Assembly (NCBI GenBank): GCA_963666975.2
Contig: CAXVYR010000004.1
Span: 896,001-960,000, forward strand
Source: Terriglobia bacterium
GTDB lineage: Bacteria > Acidobacteriota > Terriglobia > 2-12-FULL-54-10
Reading direction: 5' to 3'
Length of the DNA: 64,000 bases
Position numbers and translations under genes: made by a program. Positions 1 to 10,969 of the stretch are shown here, piece after piece. Numbering within the stretch: the stretch's first letter is position 1; every line of letters starts with the position of its first letter. The notes under the pieces are model-generated. The model was given only the letters and a program-made list of their open reading frames with translations. It made no database searches and had not been told where the DNA came from.

Positions 1-38
1 GGCATCGGGAGTTCATCTATATTAGGAGGGGAAAGAAA

Positions 39-419
39 TTGAAACCGGAATTCAAAGTTGGATTGTCCGCGGAGCTTGCCGAAACCAGCACCGAGGCCCA
101 AGGCGTGCGGCACCTGGGCGAAGGGGTTCCCGCTTTTTACTCCACCCCGGCCATGATTGCGCTGATGGAGCGGACCTCCATCGAACTGCTCAAGCCCTAC
201 CTGGAAGAGGGCGAAGGCTCGGTGGGCGTGAAGGTCAATATCAAGCACTTTGCCTCCACCGAGATCGGAGCCAAGGTCCGGGCGAAGTCCACCCTGCAGG
301 CGATCAACGACCGCCGGTGCGTCTTTGCCGTGGAGGCTTTCAATGAAAAGGGGAAGATCGGCGAGGGCACCCACGAGCGCACCATCATCACCATCAAAAA
401 ATTTGCAGGCCAGCCCTGA
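39..419 (+). CDS. Hotdog-fold thioesterase (FlK-like)
   Basis: STPAMIALME and GEGTHER motifs; AGGAGG RBS upstream of a TTG start. Confidence 0.8.
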   Translation: MKPEFKVGLSAELAETSTEAQGVRHLGEGVPAFYSTPAMIALMERTSIELLKPYLEEGEGSVGVKVNIKHFASTEIGAKVRAKSTLQAINDRRCVFAVEAFNEKGKIGEGTHERTIITIKKFAGQP

Positions 420-428
420 CGGCTCCCT

Positions 429-2045
429 TCACCGGCCCCTTTTATTAGGGGCGCGTTTCTTCGGAGATCGCTTCCTGCCAGCAGGTTTCCCCCAACCGCC
501 TCCTCCGGGAGTCTCAATTTTCAGAATGCTTCCCTCCGATGCGGTGAACCCCGTCTTCGAGGGAAGATCAGAATCGCTTCCCGGCAAACTTAACTGATTT
601 TTCCCCGTCTTGCCCGGCTGGCCTCCCGCCAGGCCGTAGGGCGGAAACCGCCGCCGGTCCGAGAGTATTGTCCCGCGCACCTCGGTGAGGAATTCGATTT
701 CCCGGATGAGGCCGTCGCCGCCGCGAAACCGGCCCGCGCCGCCTGACCCGCTGCGGAGCGAGTAGCGCCGCACGCGCACGGGATAGGCCGATTCGAACGC
801 TTCGACGGGGGTGTTGAGCGAATTCGTCATGTGAGTGTGAATCCCGCTCAGCCCGTCAGCCGTGGGGCGAGCGCCCATCCCACCGGCAATTGTCTCGTAG
901 TACGCAAAGGGTTGCCGGGTGCGCGGATCGATCCCGCCGAAAGAAAGGTTGTTCATCGTGCCGGAGCTGGCCGCGGGAATGCGGCCGGGCAGCGCCTGGG
1001 CCAGCGCCCGAAGCAGCACGTCCACGATTCGTTGGGAAGTCTCCACGTTTCCGGCGGCCACGGCGGCGGGCGGCTGCGCGTTCACGATGCTTCCCACGGG
1101 AGCGCGCACCTCGATGGGGGCCATCAGTCCGGCGCAGGCGGGAACGTCTTCCTCCAGCAAGCAGCGGAAGACGTAAAACACAGCCGAAAGGGTGATGGCC
1201 AGCACCGCGTTCACCCCGCCACGGCATGCCGGGGCAGAACCGGCGAAGTCCACCGCAGCGCGCCGCCCGCGAATCCGTATAGCCACGCGCAGAGGAATGG
1301 GGCGGTCGCTATAGCCATCGTCGTCGAGGCAATCCTCGGCGCGATAGAGGCCGTCGGGAATTCGCCCCAGGGCTTCCGACATCAGGTGTGCGGAATATCG
1401 CTGGAGGGCATCCAGGTAAAAAAGTGTTTTCCGATTGCCGTATTTTTCCCTCAATTCCGTCAAGCGTCGCTCCCCGAGCCGGCAGGCCGCTATCTGGGCG
1501 GTCAAATCGCCTTCTCGTTCCCGTGGCGTGCGGACATTCGCCAAAAGCATCGCCATCACGTCCCTCGCGATCCTGCCGGAGCGCGCCAGCAGGACCGGGG
1601 GAATGCGTAAGCCCTCTTGATAGATCTCTTCGCTCAGCCCCATGGAGGCGGGCTGCGCGCCGCCTACGTCAGAATGATGAGCGCGGTTGGCGACATAAAA
1701 AACCGGCTGCCGTGATCCAGTCGCCATGACCGGCATTACCAACGTGATGTCGGGCAGGTGCGTTCCGCCCGCGTAGGGATCATTCAGCATGGCAATGTCG
1801 CCGGGGCCCGGGTTCAAAGCTTCCACGGCAGCGGCCACCGAGCTTGGCATCGATCCCAAGTGGACCGGCATGTGGTCGCCCATGGCCGCCACCCGTCTGC
1901 TTCCGTCAAACACGGCGCAGGAATAATCGCGGCGTTCCTTGATGTTGGGGGAAAAGGCGGAGCGCCGCAGGGCGGCCCCCATCTCTTCCGCCACCGAGTG
2001 GAAGAGGTTCTTAAAAATTTCCAGTTCTGTGGCGTCAACGTGCAT
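429..2045 (-). CDS. Hydantoinase B/5-oxoprolinase subunit
   Basis: SPNIKERRDYSCA, NDPYAGGTHLPD, HHSDVGG, TPGGGGWG motifs. Confidence 0.93.
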   Translation of the reverse strand: MHVDATELEIFKNLFHSVAEEMGAALRRSAFSPNIKERRDYSCAVFDGSRRVAAMGDHMPVHLGSMPSSVAAAVEALNPGPGDIAMLNDPYAGGTHLPDITLVMPVMATGSRQPVFYVANRAHHSDVGGAQPASMGLSEEIYQEGLRIPPVLLARSGRIARDVMAMLLANVRTPREREGDLTAQIAACRLGERRLTELREKYGNRKTLFYLDALQRYSAHLMSEALGRIPDGLYRAEDCLDDDGYSDRPIPLRVAIRIRGRRAAVDFAGSAPACRGGVNAVLAITLSAVFYVFRCLLEEDVPACAGLMAPIEVRAPVGSIVNAQPPAAVAAGNVETSQRIVDVLLRALAQALPGRIPAASSGTMNNLSFGGIDPRTRQPFAYYETIAGGMGARPTADGLSGIHTHMTNSLNTPVEAFESAYPVRVRRYSLRSGSGGAGRFRGGDGLIREIEFLTEVRGTILSDRRRFPPYGLAGGQPGKTGKNQLSLPGSDSDLPSKTGFTASEGSILKIETPGGGGWGKPAGRKRSPKKRAPNKRGR

Positions 2046-4152
2046 GTTGCGTTAAGACCAGATTATGGTATTTGTCCACGCGGCAAACAAAGCCGGGCGG
2101 AACGACAACCGTAGAGCTGTACTCCACCACCACCGCAGGCCCGCGGAACCGCGCTCCCGGGCGGAGAGCATCGCGGTTGTAGAATGGCGTCTGATGCCGG
2201 CGGCCGCCAAACCATGCGGTCGTTTTCTTCACAATCAAACCGCCTCCGGCATTCCTGGCAACCCGTTCCTGTTGCAGCCGGGGTTTGCGAGTAGGGATCA
2301 CCAGGCGAATTCGGAGATTTACGATCTCGAGCGGCCGCGCCGTGTCGCGGTATCCGTAAGCCTTTTCGTGCTCCCGGTGGAAAAGCTCGCCAAACCGCCG
2401 CGTGAAAGGAACGGAAAGCTCGTAGCTCTGCCCGGCGTAGCGAATGTCGAGCCGCCGCGCCACTTTTACCGGCCTGTCCGGCATTTGGTCACGGCGAAGT
2501 TCCGCGCGGGCCACCTGCTCCAGGCGCGCGAAACGGCGCTCCAGATTCTCAAATAGTTTTTGCGGCCGGCTGGATTGAGTTTGCTTTCCAGCGGAAGCAA
2601 CGGGCAGCAGCACCGACTGCGAGAGGTCCTTGACGATATCGGAGAGCAGAATACCCATGGCGGAAAACGTGCCGGGATTTTGCGGAACCAGCACCTGTTC
2701 GAGGCCCAGCGACCGGGCCAGTTCTGCGGCGTGCAATCCTCCTGCGCCGCCATAGCAAACCAGCGAGAACTCCCGCGGGTCATGCCCGCGCTCGATGGAG
2801 ATTACCCGCAACGCTTTTTCCATGGTGGCGTTGGAAACGGCGACAATTCCTTGGGCAAGCTCCAGCGGAGTCATCCGGCTGGCTCGCCGGCCTTTTCTGG
2901 TTCCGTCCCGGCCATGCAGAAATTTCTCGAAGCCCCTTTGGGTTGCCTGCGCGTCGAGCGGAAACTCCCCGCCGAGAAAACACTCCGGGTCCAGCCGCCC
3001 CAGCAGCAGATGGGCGTCGGTCACGGCGGGCTGCGTGCCGCCGCGTCCGTAACAAATGGGTCCGGGCACGGCGCCGGAGCTTTCCGGGCCCACGCGCAAT
3101 GCGCCGCCCGCATCCAGCCGCGCCAGCGAGCCGCCGCCTGCGCCCACCGAGTGCACGTCCAGGACAGGCACGGCAACGGGCAAGCCCCCCAGCGTTGTCT
3201 CGTGAGTGGTGCGGGCCGGGCCGTCGAGCAGACAGACGTCGGTCGAAGTTCCGCCCATGTCAAAACTGATGACGCGCCGGATTCCCAGCCGGTCCGCCAG
3301 CCAGCGCGTGGCCACGACACCTCCTGCCGGACCGGAAAGAATGGTGCGCACGGGTTCGCGGGCCGCGCGCGCGGCGGTCGTAATGCCGCCGCTGGACTGC
3401 ATGATGAAAATGGGCGCGCTGCTTTTCTTTTTTTGTTGCCTCGCGTTCTGCTGCTTCCCGCCTGCGGGCGGACGTCCTAGCCCGAACCATCTCTTTGCCT
3501 CCCGGTCCAGACGGCTCAGATACTGGCCGAGCCGGGGAGCTAGAAAGGCGTTGATCACGACGGTCGAAAGCCGTTCGTATTCGCGGAACTCGGGAAGAAT
3601 TTCATGAGAGACCGAAAGGGGCAGGCCGAGGTCGCGAAGGGCCCGTGCGACGGAGCGCTCGTTGGCGGAGTTTGCAAACGAAAATAAAAAGCAGATAGCG
3701 ACAGATTCCGCTCGGGAGCGTTTTACCGCCCGGCGCAGGCGAGCCAGTTCCGCCGCGTCGGGCCGCGCGAGAAGCTTCCCGTCGGCGGCTGTTCGTTCCT
3801 TCGCGCCCCAGCGGAGCGTCCGGGGGACCAGGGCGGGATCGCGCCGGACGTTCAGGTCATAGAGGCGCGGGCGGTTCTGGCGGCCAATTTCAATCAAGTC
3901 CTCGAAGCCTGCGGTTGTCACCAGAGCCACCGGAGCCCCCCGCCGCTCCAGCACGCTGTTGGTGCCGACCGTAGTGCCGTGAATGAGCGTCGGACGGCGC
4001 CGCCGGCTGTTCCCGGCCAGGCGGCGGACTCCCTCCAGAATGCCTCCGGTGGCATCCTCGGGCGTTGAGAAAACCTTCCGGATTTCAATGCGGGAAGCTT
4101 TGAGGACTACGCAGTCCGTAAATGTCCCGCCGGTATCCACACCAATGCGCAT
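2035..4152 (-). CDS. Hydantoinase A/5-oxoprolinase subunit
   Basis: GVDTGGTFTD, HGTTVGTN, SGPAGG, DMGGTSTD motifs; overlaps subunit B start. Confidence 0.93.
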   Translation of the reverse strand: MRIGVDTGGTFTDCVVLKASRIEIRKVFSTPEDATGGILEGVRRLAGNSRRRRPTLIHGTTVGTNSVLERRGAPVALVTTAGFEDLIEIGRQNRPRLYDLNVRRDPALVPRTLRWGAKERTAADGKLLARPDAAELARLRRAVKRSRAESVAICFLFSFANSANERSVARALRDLGLPLSVSHEILPEFREYERLSTVVINAFLAPRLGQYLSRLDREAKRWFGLGRPPAGGKQQNARQQKKKSSAPIFIMQSSGGITTAARAAREPVRTILSGPAGGVVATRWLADRLGIRRVISFDMGGTSTDVCLLDGPARTTHETTLGGLPVAVPVLDVHSVGAGGGSLARLDAGGALRVGPESSGAVPGPICYGRGGTQPAVTDAHLLLGRLDPECFLGGEFPLDAQATQRGFEKFLHGRDGTRKGRRASRMTPLELAQGIVAVSNATMEKALRVISIERGHDPREFSLVCYGGAGGLHAAELARSLGLEQVLVPQNPGTFSAMGILLSDIVKDLSQSVLLPVASAGKQTQSSRPQKLFENLERRFARLEQVARAELRRDQMPDRPVKVARRLDIRYAGQSYELSVPFTRRFGELFHREHEKAYGYRDTARPLEIVNLRIRLVIPTRKPRLQQERVARNAGGGLIVKKTTAWFGGRRHQTPFYNRDALRPGARFRGPAVVVEYSSTVVVPPGFVCRVDKYHNLVLTQHAR

Positions 4153-4299
4153 CGTTTTCCGATTTTGTAGTCAGTGAGCCAAGCAAACGGTTGTGATCCC
4201 AGGGCCGCGGAGGGATGAGTGCTCCTAACGAAGTTTTGCAATAGTTGCAACGTTTAGATTTTATTCGAAATGGCTTGCGGGCGCCGATCCAGCACTTCC

Positions 4300-6030
4300 T
4301 CACCGGAGCGGGCGCGTTCCCGCGTCGCGCCCGTCCTCGAATACCACCACTTCGATGTCGCCGAACGGGCCGAGGCTCCTATGGCGCCATCCCGCGAGTT
4401 CGGGCTGCCTGGCAAACCAGGCATTCCAGAAGCGAACTTGCCGATCCCACCCGTAGATCACGAAGCGTCCTGAGCTAGCAAGAGTCTGTTCAGACAAAGT
4501 CATCGCGAACCGTTCCGCTTCCGGAGAGCTTTCGAAGGGGAACAGGTACGGTTTCCCGGGAATCGGATAGACCGTCAGATGCGCGTAAAAAAATCCGGGA
4601 AGCGGATAGTCCGGCCGCCAAGCGGGTGGCCTGGCCTCAACGAAGGGACTCGGGCAAATCACGGGGGTTTCGGGCCCTGGGGCCAGTTCGTTGATCTGGC
4701 GCACCGCCGCGCGCCAGTCCGAGTTGTCGTGCCGCGGCCAAAGTTCACGCCACTGCCCCAGATTCAGCAACACCCCCACGGCCAACAGGAGCGACGCCCG
4801 CTTCCAGCCCGAGGGCGAGAGATAAAGCCCGGCCACAACCGTGGCGGCCAGCACAGCTCCCGGCAGCGCCACGGACAGGTAACGCGGCAAGAAAACGCTG
4901 TTGCCGGTCAAGCCGGAATAGGCAAAAAGTGAGAGAGGCTGACACAACCAAAAGCCGAGAATGAGGGTCAAGGATGTCCAGGAGGGTGTCATCGCATCGG
5001 GCGGACGCTGAAACCAGCGGTTCGTCCGCGAACGCGCAACCTTCAGCGCGCCACGAGCGACTGCTGGCAGCGCGCCACGAGCAACTGCTGGAAGCGGCGA
5101 GCGCCATACAGGGTACAAGTTCAAAAGCCACGCCCCGATGCCACAAACGGCAAGGAGCCCCAGTTTGAGCGAACCTTGCAGGTCCCAGAAGGAAGGAAGC
5201 GGGGCGAAGGCGTGGGCGCTGGCCTCGCGGAGCAGCGCCAGCGCGTCGAGTAGAACAGGCAGGAGGACGAGCCCGAGCAGCATAAACACAACGCCAGGGC
5301 GAACCCAGCCGACGCGTGTCTCACCACGCGCGAGCCGCACCAACGCGTACAGGAAGTAGACGATGTACAGAGGCCAGTAAATGAGATGAACTCTCCAGAG
5401 CAGCCCCGCAAAAAGGACAAAGAGCAGCGCATCGCCCCAGCCGTCCGAATCGAGCCAACGGATGAGAAACAATAAGCTCGCCGCTGCCAAGCAGGTGCCT
5501 AAGGCATAAGGCCGGGCGTCCGCCGCCTGGTAATTGATGCCGCGCAGCGCGAGACACCCAAAAACCGCGAACCATGCGGCCTGCGGATGAATCAGGCAAG
5601 CGGCCAGGCGGGCGATCAAAAACAAGACAAGGGCCATCACCAGGACTGAAGGCAAGCGGTAGGCCACTTCGGAGAGGCCGAATAGAGCATCGGCGCCCTG
5701 CGGCAAGAGATAGTAAATGGTTGCCGCCACCTGCGGGGCGACGGCCAGCGACGGATGCGAAGAGCCGTTCTGGACGACGAAGGCAGTCGCCATCTCGTCC
5801 AACCAGAAACTCGACGGCAGAGGCATCAGCCACAGCCGCGAGACGCACACTGCCAGCAGCAAGAAGAGCAATAGATTCAAGCGGGGATTTTCGATTTTCA
5901 ACTTTCCGTTCGAAAGCTTTCCGGCATGACACCAATGCCTCACTGTATTTCCCAGCCCAATGGTGTTCCCAAGCTTCTTTGAGCCTAAAATAAAAACTCG
6001 CAGAAAAGCTTTTGCTGCCCGCGAGCACAT
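4300..6030 (-). CDS. GT-C/PMT-like membrane glycosyltransferase (start uncertain)
   Basis: SFWLDE motif after first TM helix, RLPS, ARPYAL, many TM segments. Confidence 0.7.
   Translation of the reverse strand: MCSRAAKAFLRVFILGSKKLGNTIGLGNTVRHWCHAGKLSNGKLKIENPRLNLLLFLLLAVCVSRLWLMPLPSSFWLDEMATAFVVQNGSSHPSLAVAPQVAATIYYLLPQGADALFGLSEVAYRLPSVLVMALVLFLIARLAACLIHPQAAWFAVFGCLALRGINYQAADARPYALGTCLAAASLLFLIRWLDSDGWGDALLFVLFAGLLWRVHLIYWPLYIVYFLYALVRLARGETRVGWVRPGVVFMLLGLVLLPVLLDALALLREASAHAFAPLPSFWDLQGSLKLGLLAVCGIGAWLLNLYPVWRSPLPAVARGALPAVARGALKVARSRTNRWFQRPPDAMTPSWTSLTLILGFWLCQPLSLFAYSGLTGNSVFLPRYLSVALPGAVLAATVVAGLYLSPSGWKRASLLLAVGVLLNLGQWRELWPRHDNSDWRAAVRQINELAPGPETPVICPSPFVEARPPAWRPDYPLPGFFYAHLTVYPIPGKPYLFPFESSPEAERFAMTLSEQTLASSGRFVIYGWDRQVRFWNAWFARQPELAGWRHRSLGPFGDIEVVVFEDGRDAGTRPLR
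5044..5091. repeat. 24-bp in-frame tandem duplication (LPAVARGA x2)
   Basis: cagcgcgccacgagc(g/a)actgctgg twice in tandem. Confidence 0.9.
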
Positions 6031-6049
6031 AGTCTCCTCGCCCTAGCTC

Positions 6050-7144
6050 TCATCTTTCGGCGGAAAACTTACCATCCTCACTAATCAGCCTATGCGTCGG
6101 GATGGTTACTTTCTTTTGGGGGTCCTTCACTGTGAAGCCGATTCGGAAGCATTCCACGCCGTGGTCCTGCGCGATTTGCTGCACAGCTCCGAAGTCCTCC
6201 GGGGCGACGACAACGCAGAACCCGATTCCCATGTTGTAGGCGGCAAACATCCCGGCGTCGCTGACCTTTCCGTGATGCTGGATGAGCTGAAAGATGGGAT
6301 GCGGCTCCGGCAGTTGGTCCAGAACGTATCCGGCATCGGCGGCCGCCCGGTTCAGATTCAAAAACCCGCCGCCGGTAATGTGCGCCAGCGCCTTGATCCG
6401 CAGGCCTGCGCGGAGCATGGCCAAGACTTCCTTTACGTAGATTCGCGTCGGCTCCAGCAACTCCTCCCCGATGGTCCGTCCCAGCTCTTTCAGGTGGCGG
6501 TCCGGCGCCCACCCGAGATGGTCAAAGAAAATCCGGCGAGCCAGGGTGAGGCCGTTGCTGTGGATGCCGCTCGACCGCAGCCCGGCAATCACATCTCCTT
6601 CCTGGATATCTTGGCCCGTCAGAATTTTGTCCAGGGGAACCTGACCCACACAGGAGGCGACCAGGTCAAAGCCGTAGCCCGGACGGAGACCGTGAATCAT
6701 CTCCCGCACCTGGGCGAGTTCTCCTCCGGGGATGGTCACGTTTGCCATCTCCGCGCCCCGGTGCAAGCCACAGGCAATCGGTTCGAGCAGGTCCGGATGC
6801 AAGGCCTCGACCGCTATGTAATCCAGCACCGACAAGGGTTCGGCCCCCACGCAGAGGACGTCGTTTACATTCATCGCGACGCAATCTATTCCGATGGTGT
6901 CGTACTTGTGAAGCATCTGGGCAATGAGAATCTTTGTTCCTACTCCATCGGTGGAGAGCGCCAACCCGTTTCCGTTGCCGATGTCGATGACGTTGGCGAA
7001 ATAGCCTAAGGGAAGCTTTACAGCCCCGAGGCCCGGCCGCAGGCGGAAGGTTTGTTCGACCCACCGGCCGAGCAGGGACAGGACGCGGCCCTCCTGTTCG
7101 GTGTCGACGCCCGCAGCCTGGTAATTTAATGAATTTTCCATCAT
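6050..7144 (-). CDS. purM: Phosphoribosylformylglycinamidine cyclo-ligase
   Basis: YQAAGVD, STDGVGTK, DCVAMNVND, SSGIHSNG, AHITGGG. Confidence 0.95.
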   Translation of the reverse strand: MMENSLNYQAAGVDTEQEGRVLSLLGRWVEQTFRLRPGLGAVKLPLGYFANVIDIGNGNGLALSTDGVGTKILIAQMLHKYDTIGIDCVAMNVNDVLCVGAEPLSVLDYIAVEALHPDLLEPIACGLHRGAEMANVTIPGGELAQVREMIHGLRPGYGFDLVASCVGQVPLDKILTGQDIQEGDVIAGLRSSGIHSNGLTLARRIFFDHLGWAPDRHLKELGRTIGEELLEPTRIYVKEVLAMLRAGLRIKALAHITGGGFLNLNRAAADAGYVLDQLPEPHPIFQLIQHHGKVSDAGMFAAYNMGIGFCVVVAPEDFGAVQQIAQDHGVECFRIGFTVKDPQKKVTIPTHRLISEDGKFSAER

Positions 7145-7146
7145 TC

Positions 7147-7590
7147 TCAGGCTGGGTATTTTCCAGTAATGTAGTTATCCAATTGCTGGATTGTTTCTGC
7201 CTGCGTGGAGATGATCGCTTTCACCAAGTCGCCAATCGAAATCGCGCCCACTAGCTTTTCTCCCTCGAGCACCGGAAGATGACGGATGTGATTGCCGGTC
7301 ATGATTCGCATGCACTCATCCACAGTATGGCCGGGAGTCACGGCGATCACCGGGCTCGTCATAATGTCCCCGATCAGGGTCTCTTTGGAAGATTTTCCTT
7401 GCAAAATGACCTTGCGGGCATAATCCCGCTCGGAGATGATGCCGGCCAGCTTGCCTTCGGAGACCACTAGAAGAGCCCCAACATTTTTCTCGGCCATCGT
7501 GGCGATGGCCTCGTAGACGGTTGCGTCAGGAGCCAGCGACCAGATCTGGCTCCCTTTATTTTTTAGAATGAGATGAACGCTTTCTACCAT
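7147..7590 (-). CDS. CBS-domain pair protein
   Basis: GIISERDY, IRHLPV, ISIGDLVK. Confidence 0.92.
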   Translation of the reverse strand: MVESVHLILKNKGSQIWSLAPDATVYEAIATMAEKNVGALLVVSEGKLAGIISERDYARKVILQGKSSKETLIGDIMTSPVIAVTPGHTVDECMRIMTGNHIRHLPVLEGEKLVGAISIGDLVKAIISTQAETIQQLDNYITGKYPA

Positions 7591-7895
7591 CAGTCAAGAA
7601 TTTCCTCTCCCCGCGAGTTGTCTTATTTTTTCAGGCCCGCGGCAATCCGTCAAGGCAGAAACACCATAAAGTTGGCGGGGGGGCCAACCGGACAATGGGT
7701 ACGCCGCGGGTACGCCGCGCCTGGCCGGAGTCGAACGCTCCCGTATCAGCGCTTGGGGGCATGCCGGCATTATACTGGCCCCCTGGCATTTTCGAGAATG
7801 TTGTGCGGAGGGGGGAGAAGCTGGCGGAAGATTGCGCTACAATGGCAACAGTAGCGGGAAGCCCTAACAAATAGCGTTTCACTTTGGAGGTGGAG

Positions 7896-9086
7896 ATGAT
7901 CGTCGGCATACCTGTGGAGGCCCATGCACATGAACGGCGAGTTTCCCTGGTGCCTGCGGCCGTCCCAACCCTTGCCAAGGCCGGGCTGGAAGTCCTTGTG
8001 GAACGGGGAGCGGGTAAGAACGCCGGTTTCCCCGACGCCGCATACGAGGAGCAAGGAGCCCGTCTGGCGCAGGATCGAATCCAACTGTTCTCCTCGGCCG
8101 ATGTGCTCCTCCAAGTGCGCGGTCCGGGCGCCAACTCTGACGCGGGCCACGCCGATCTGGCGTTGCTCCGCTCGGGTCAGGTGGTGCTGGGCCTGCTGAA
8201 TCCTTTGGGAGTTCCCGACGCCGCGCGGGCGCTTGCCGCAAGGGGAGTCACCGCCTTCGCTCTGGAACTGCTGCCGCGCATCAGCCGGGCGCAGTCGATG
8301 GATGCTTTGACCTCAATGGCCACGGTAGCTGGCTACAAAGCGGTTCTCCTCGCCGCTGGGGCGCTTCAGAAGATGTGCCCCATGATGATGACCGCCGCTG
8401 GCACTGTCACCCCGGCCCGGTTCTTTGTGGTGGGGGCAGGCGTGGCCGGGCTTCAGGCTATCGCCACCTCGCGCCGCCTGGGCGCAGTGGTGCACTCCTA
8501 CGATGTCCGGCCAGCCGTAAAGGAGCAGGTGCAAAGCCTGGGCGCCAAGTTCCTGGAACTCAAGTTGGAGACGGATGGAACTGAGGCGTCGGGAGGGTAC
8601 GCACAGGCCATGGGCGATGAGTTCTACCGCCGCCAGAGGGAGATGATGGGACAAGTGGTGGCCGAAAGCGATGTGGTCATCACCACAGCGGCGATTCCCG
8701 GCAGAAAATCCCCGGTCCTCATCACCGCAGAGATGGTTCAGAGGATGCACCCGGGGTCTGTCGTTTTAGACTTGGCGGCTGAAGGAGGTGGGAACTGCGA
8801 GCTCACCCGGCCAGGGGAAACGGTGGTAACCGACGGCGTCACCATCCTGGGGCCCCTCAACCTTGCCTCCACCGTCCCCTACCACGCCAGCCAGATGTAC
8901 GCCCGAAACGTCACCGCCTTTCTCCAGAACCTGGTGAAGGATGGCGCGCTCCGCCTCAACTTGGAGGACCCGATCCTTCGGGACACCCTTCTCACGCATC
9001 AAGGGCAGGTGGTCCACTCCCAGGTGCGTGAACTTCTAGGCCTGCCCGCTTCCGTACCGACAACCGAGCAAAGGAGTAGTTCCTGA
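7896..9086 (+). CDS. pntAA: NAD(P) transhydrogenase alpha subunit part 1
   Basis: ERRVSLVP, RISRAQSMDAL, GAGVAGLQA, DLAAEGGGNCE; GGAGG RBS. Confidence 0.95.
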   Translation: MIVGIPVEAHAHERRVSLVPAAVPTLAKAGLEVLVERGAGKNAGFPDAAYEEQGARLAQDRIQLFSSADVLLQVRGPGANSDAGHADLALLRSGQVVLGLLNPLGVPDAARALAARGVTAFALELLPRISRAQSMDALTSMATVAGYKAVLLAAGALQKMCPMMMTAAGTVTPARFFVVGAGVAGLQAIATSRRLGAVVHSYDVRPAVKEQVQSLGAKFLELKLETDGTEASGGYAQAMGDEFYRRQREMMGQVVAESDVVITTAAIPGRKSPVLITAEMVQRMHPGSVVLDLAAEGGGNCELTRPGETVVTDGVTILGPLNLASTVPYHASQMYARNVTAFLQNLVKDGALRLNLEDPILRDTLLTHQGQVVHSQVRELLGLPASVPTTEQRSSS

Positions 9087-9376
9087 TGGAGTCATTCGTT
9101 TTGACATTGAGTATATTCGTGTTAGCTCTCTTTGTGGGCTTCGAGGTGATCACCAAAGTTCCGCCTCTATTGCACACCCCCCTCATGTCTGGAGCGAACG
9201 CTATTTCCGGCATCACGCTGGTGGGGACGTTGGTGACCTCGGGCCAGCAGCTAACCACCTTCACTACCATTCTCGGGTTCATCGCGGTGGCCATGGCAAC
9301 GGCCAACGTGGTGGGAGGCTTCCTGGTAACACACCGTATGCTCGGAATGTTCCGAGGAAAGGCAAAGGATGTCTAA
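9086..9376 (+). CDS. pntAB: NAD(P) transhydrogenase alpha subunit part 2
   Basis: VPPLLHTPLMSGANAISG, NVVGGFLVTHRML. Confidence 0.95.
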   Translation: MESFVLTLSIFVLALFVGFEVITKVPPLLHTPLMSGANAISGITLVGTLVTSGQQLTTFTTILGFIAVAMATANVVGGFLVTHRMLGMFRGKAKDV

Positions 9377-10763
9377 AGCGTTCATTGACCTTTTCTACCT
9401 TGCCGCTGCCGTCCTGTTCATCCTTGGCCTGAAGGGACTGTCCCATCCCCGTACGGCGGTGCGGGGCAACCTCCTGGGGTCTGCGGGCATGCTCCTGGCC
9501 ATCGTGGTTACGCTTTTGGACAGGCGCATTGTCAGCTTTGAGGTCATTGTGGCAGGACTGGTTGTGGGAGGCTTCATAGGGGTGGTGATGGCCTACCGAA
9601 CACCCATGACCGCTATGCCTCAATTGGTCGCTGTCCTGAACGGCTTCGGAGGGGGCGCCTCGGCCCTGGCGGTGGGAGCCGCTCTGGAGGAAGCTCTCAA
9701 GGGAGGTTTTGTCGAAGAGATCTCGGTTCAGTTCACCGTAGCCGCGGCGCTCTCTGGGATCATCGGCGGCGTCTCCCTCACGGGAAGCGGGATCGCCTTT
9801 GGCAAACTGCAGGGACTCGTCAAGGAGCGACCCGTCCTCCTGTGGGGCCGCCACGCAATAAACCTGGTGCTGCTGTTGGTCTGCCTGGGCCTGAGTGTTT
9901 GGCTGGCGGTAGAGCCTACCTCTTCCATGCCGTTCTGGATCTTGGTAGGGGCTGCCTCTCTGCTTGGAATCCTGGTGGTGATCCCCATCGGCGGGGCCGA
10001 CATGCCGGTGGTCGTTTCCCTGCTCAACGCTTACTCTGGATTGGCGGCTGCCGGTCACGGCTGGGTCCTCAACAACAGTGTGCTGATTATTGCCGGCTCG
10101 CTGGTAGGCGCCGCGGGCTTCATTCTCACCGCCCTGATGTGCCGGGCCATGAACCGCTCCCTCCTCAACGTCATGTTCGCCGGCGTAGGCGCTGCCGTCG
10201 CCACGGAAGCGGAGAGCGAAGATATCTACTCCGGTCGAGTGAAGGCGGCTTCGCCGGAGGAGGTGGCGATGCTCTTGGAGGGCGCCCAACGGGTGGTGGT
10301 CGCCCCCGGATACGGGATGGCGGTCGCCCAGGCCCAGTATGCCGTCCAGGACTTGACGAACCTGCTCGAATCCAAAGGGGTGGAGGTAGAGTTTGCCATT
10401 CATCCCGTGGCCGGACGGATGCCGGGACACATGAACGTCCTGCTGGCGGAGGCGAACGTCCCTTACGAGAAGCTGAAGGACATGGACGAGATCAACCCCA
10501 CCTTCCGGCAAACGGATGTAGTGCTTGTCATTGGAGCTAATGATGTGGTCAATCCCCTGGCCCGCGAATCAGACCCCTCGATTCCTATCGCAGGCATGCC
10601 GATCCTGAACGTGGACCAGGCGCGTTCCGTTGTGGTCATCAAGCGGAGCCTGAGCCCAGGATTCGCTGGAATTGCCAATCCTCTCTTTGCTGCCGACAAT
10701 ACTCTGATGCTCTTTGGCGATGCGAAGAAGATGGCCATGAGTCTGGTGGCCGCTTTCAAGTAG
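9369..10763 (+). CDS. pntB: NAD(P) transhydrogenase beta subunit
   Basis: IGGADMPVV, HPVAGRMPGHMNVLLAEA, GANDVVNP. Confidence 0.96.
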   Translation: MSKAFIDLFYLAAAVLFILGLKGLSHPRTAVRGNLLGSAGMLLAIVVTLLDRRIVSFEVIVAGLVVGGFIGVVMAYRTPMTAMPQLVAVLNGFGGGASALAVGAALEEALKGGFVEEISVQFTVAAALSGIIGGVSLTGSGIAFGKLQGLVKERPVLLWGRHAINLVLLLVCLGLSVWLAVEPTSSMPFWILVGAASLLGILVVIPIGGADMPVVVSLLNAYSGLAAAGHGWVLNNSVLIIAGSLVGAAGFILTALMCRAMNRSLLNVMFAGVGAAVATEAESEDIYSGRVKAASPEEVAMLLEGAQRVVVAPGYGMAVAQAQYAVQDLTNLLESKGVEVEFAIHPVAGRMPGHMNVLLAEANVPYEKLKDMDEINPTFRQTDVVLVIGANDVVNPLARESDPSIPIAGMPILNVDQARSVVVIKRSLSPGFAGIANPLFAADNTLMLFGDAKKMAMSLVAAFK

Positions 10764-10969
10764 GCTGCACGGCAGCGAGAGAGCCGGTGTATACGGAGAG
10801 GAGGCTACCCGCCTCGGAGAGGGCCCTGCTCGATTTTCCGTCCTTCCTCCTCACCTTTTTCCCGAAAGCTTCATGGAGGCGGACGGGCGGAGCATCGATT
10901 GCGGAGAAGCCCGGCAATACCTCATCCGAAGACTGCGCCACAATAATAGCAGGGGGAGAGGCAGGCCAT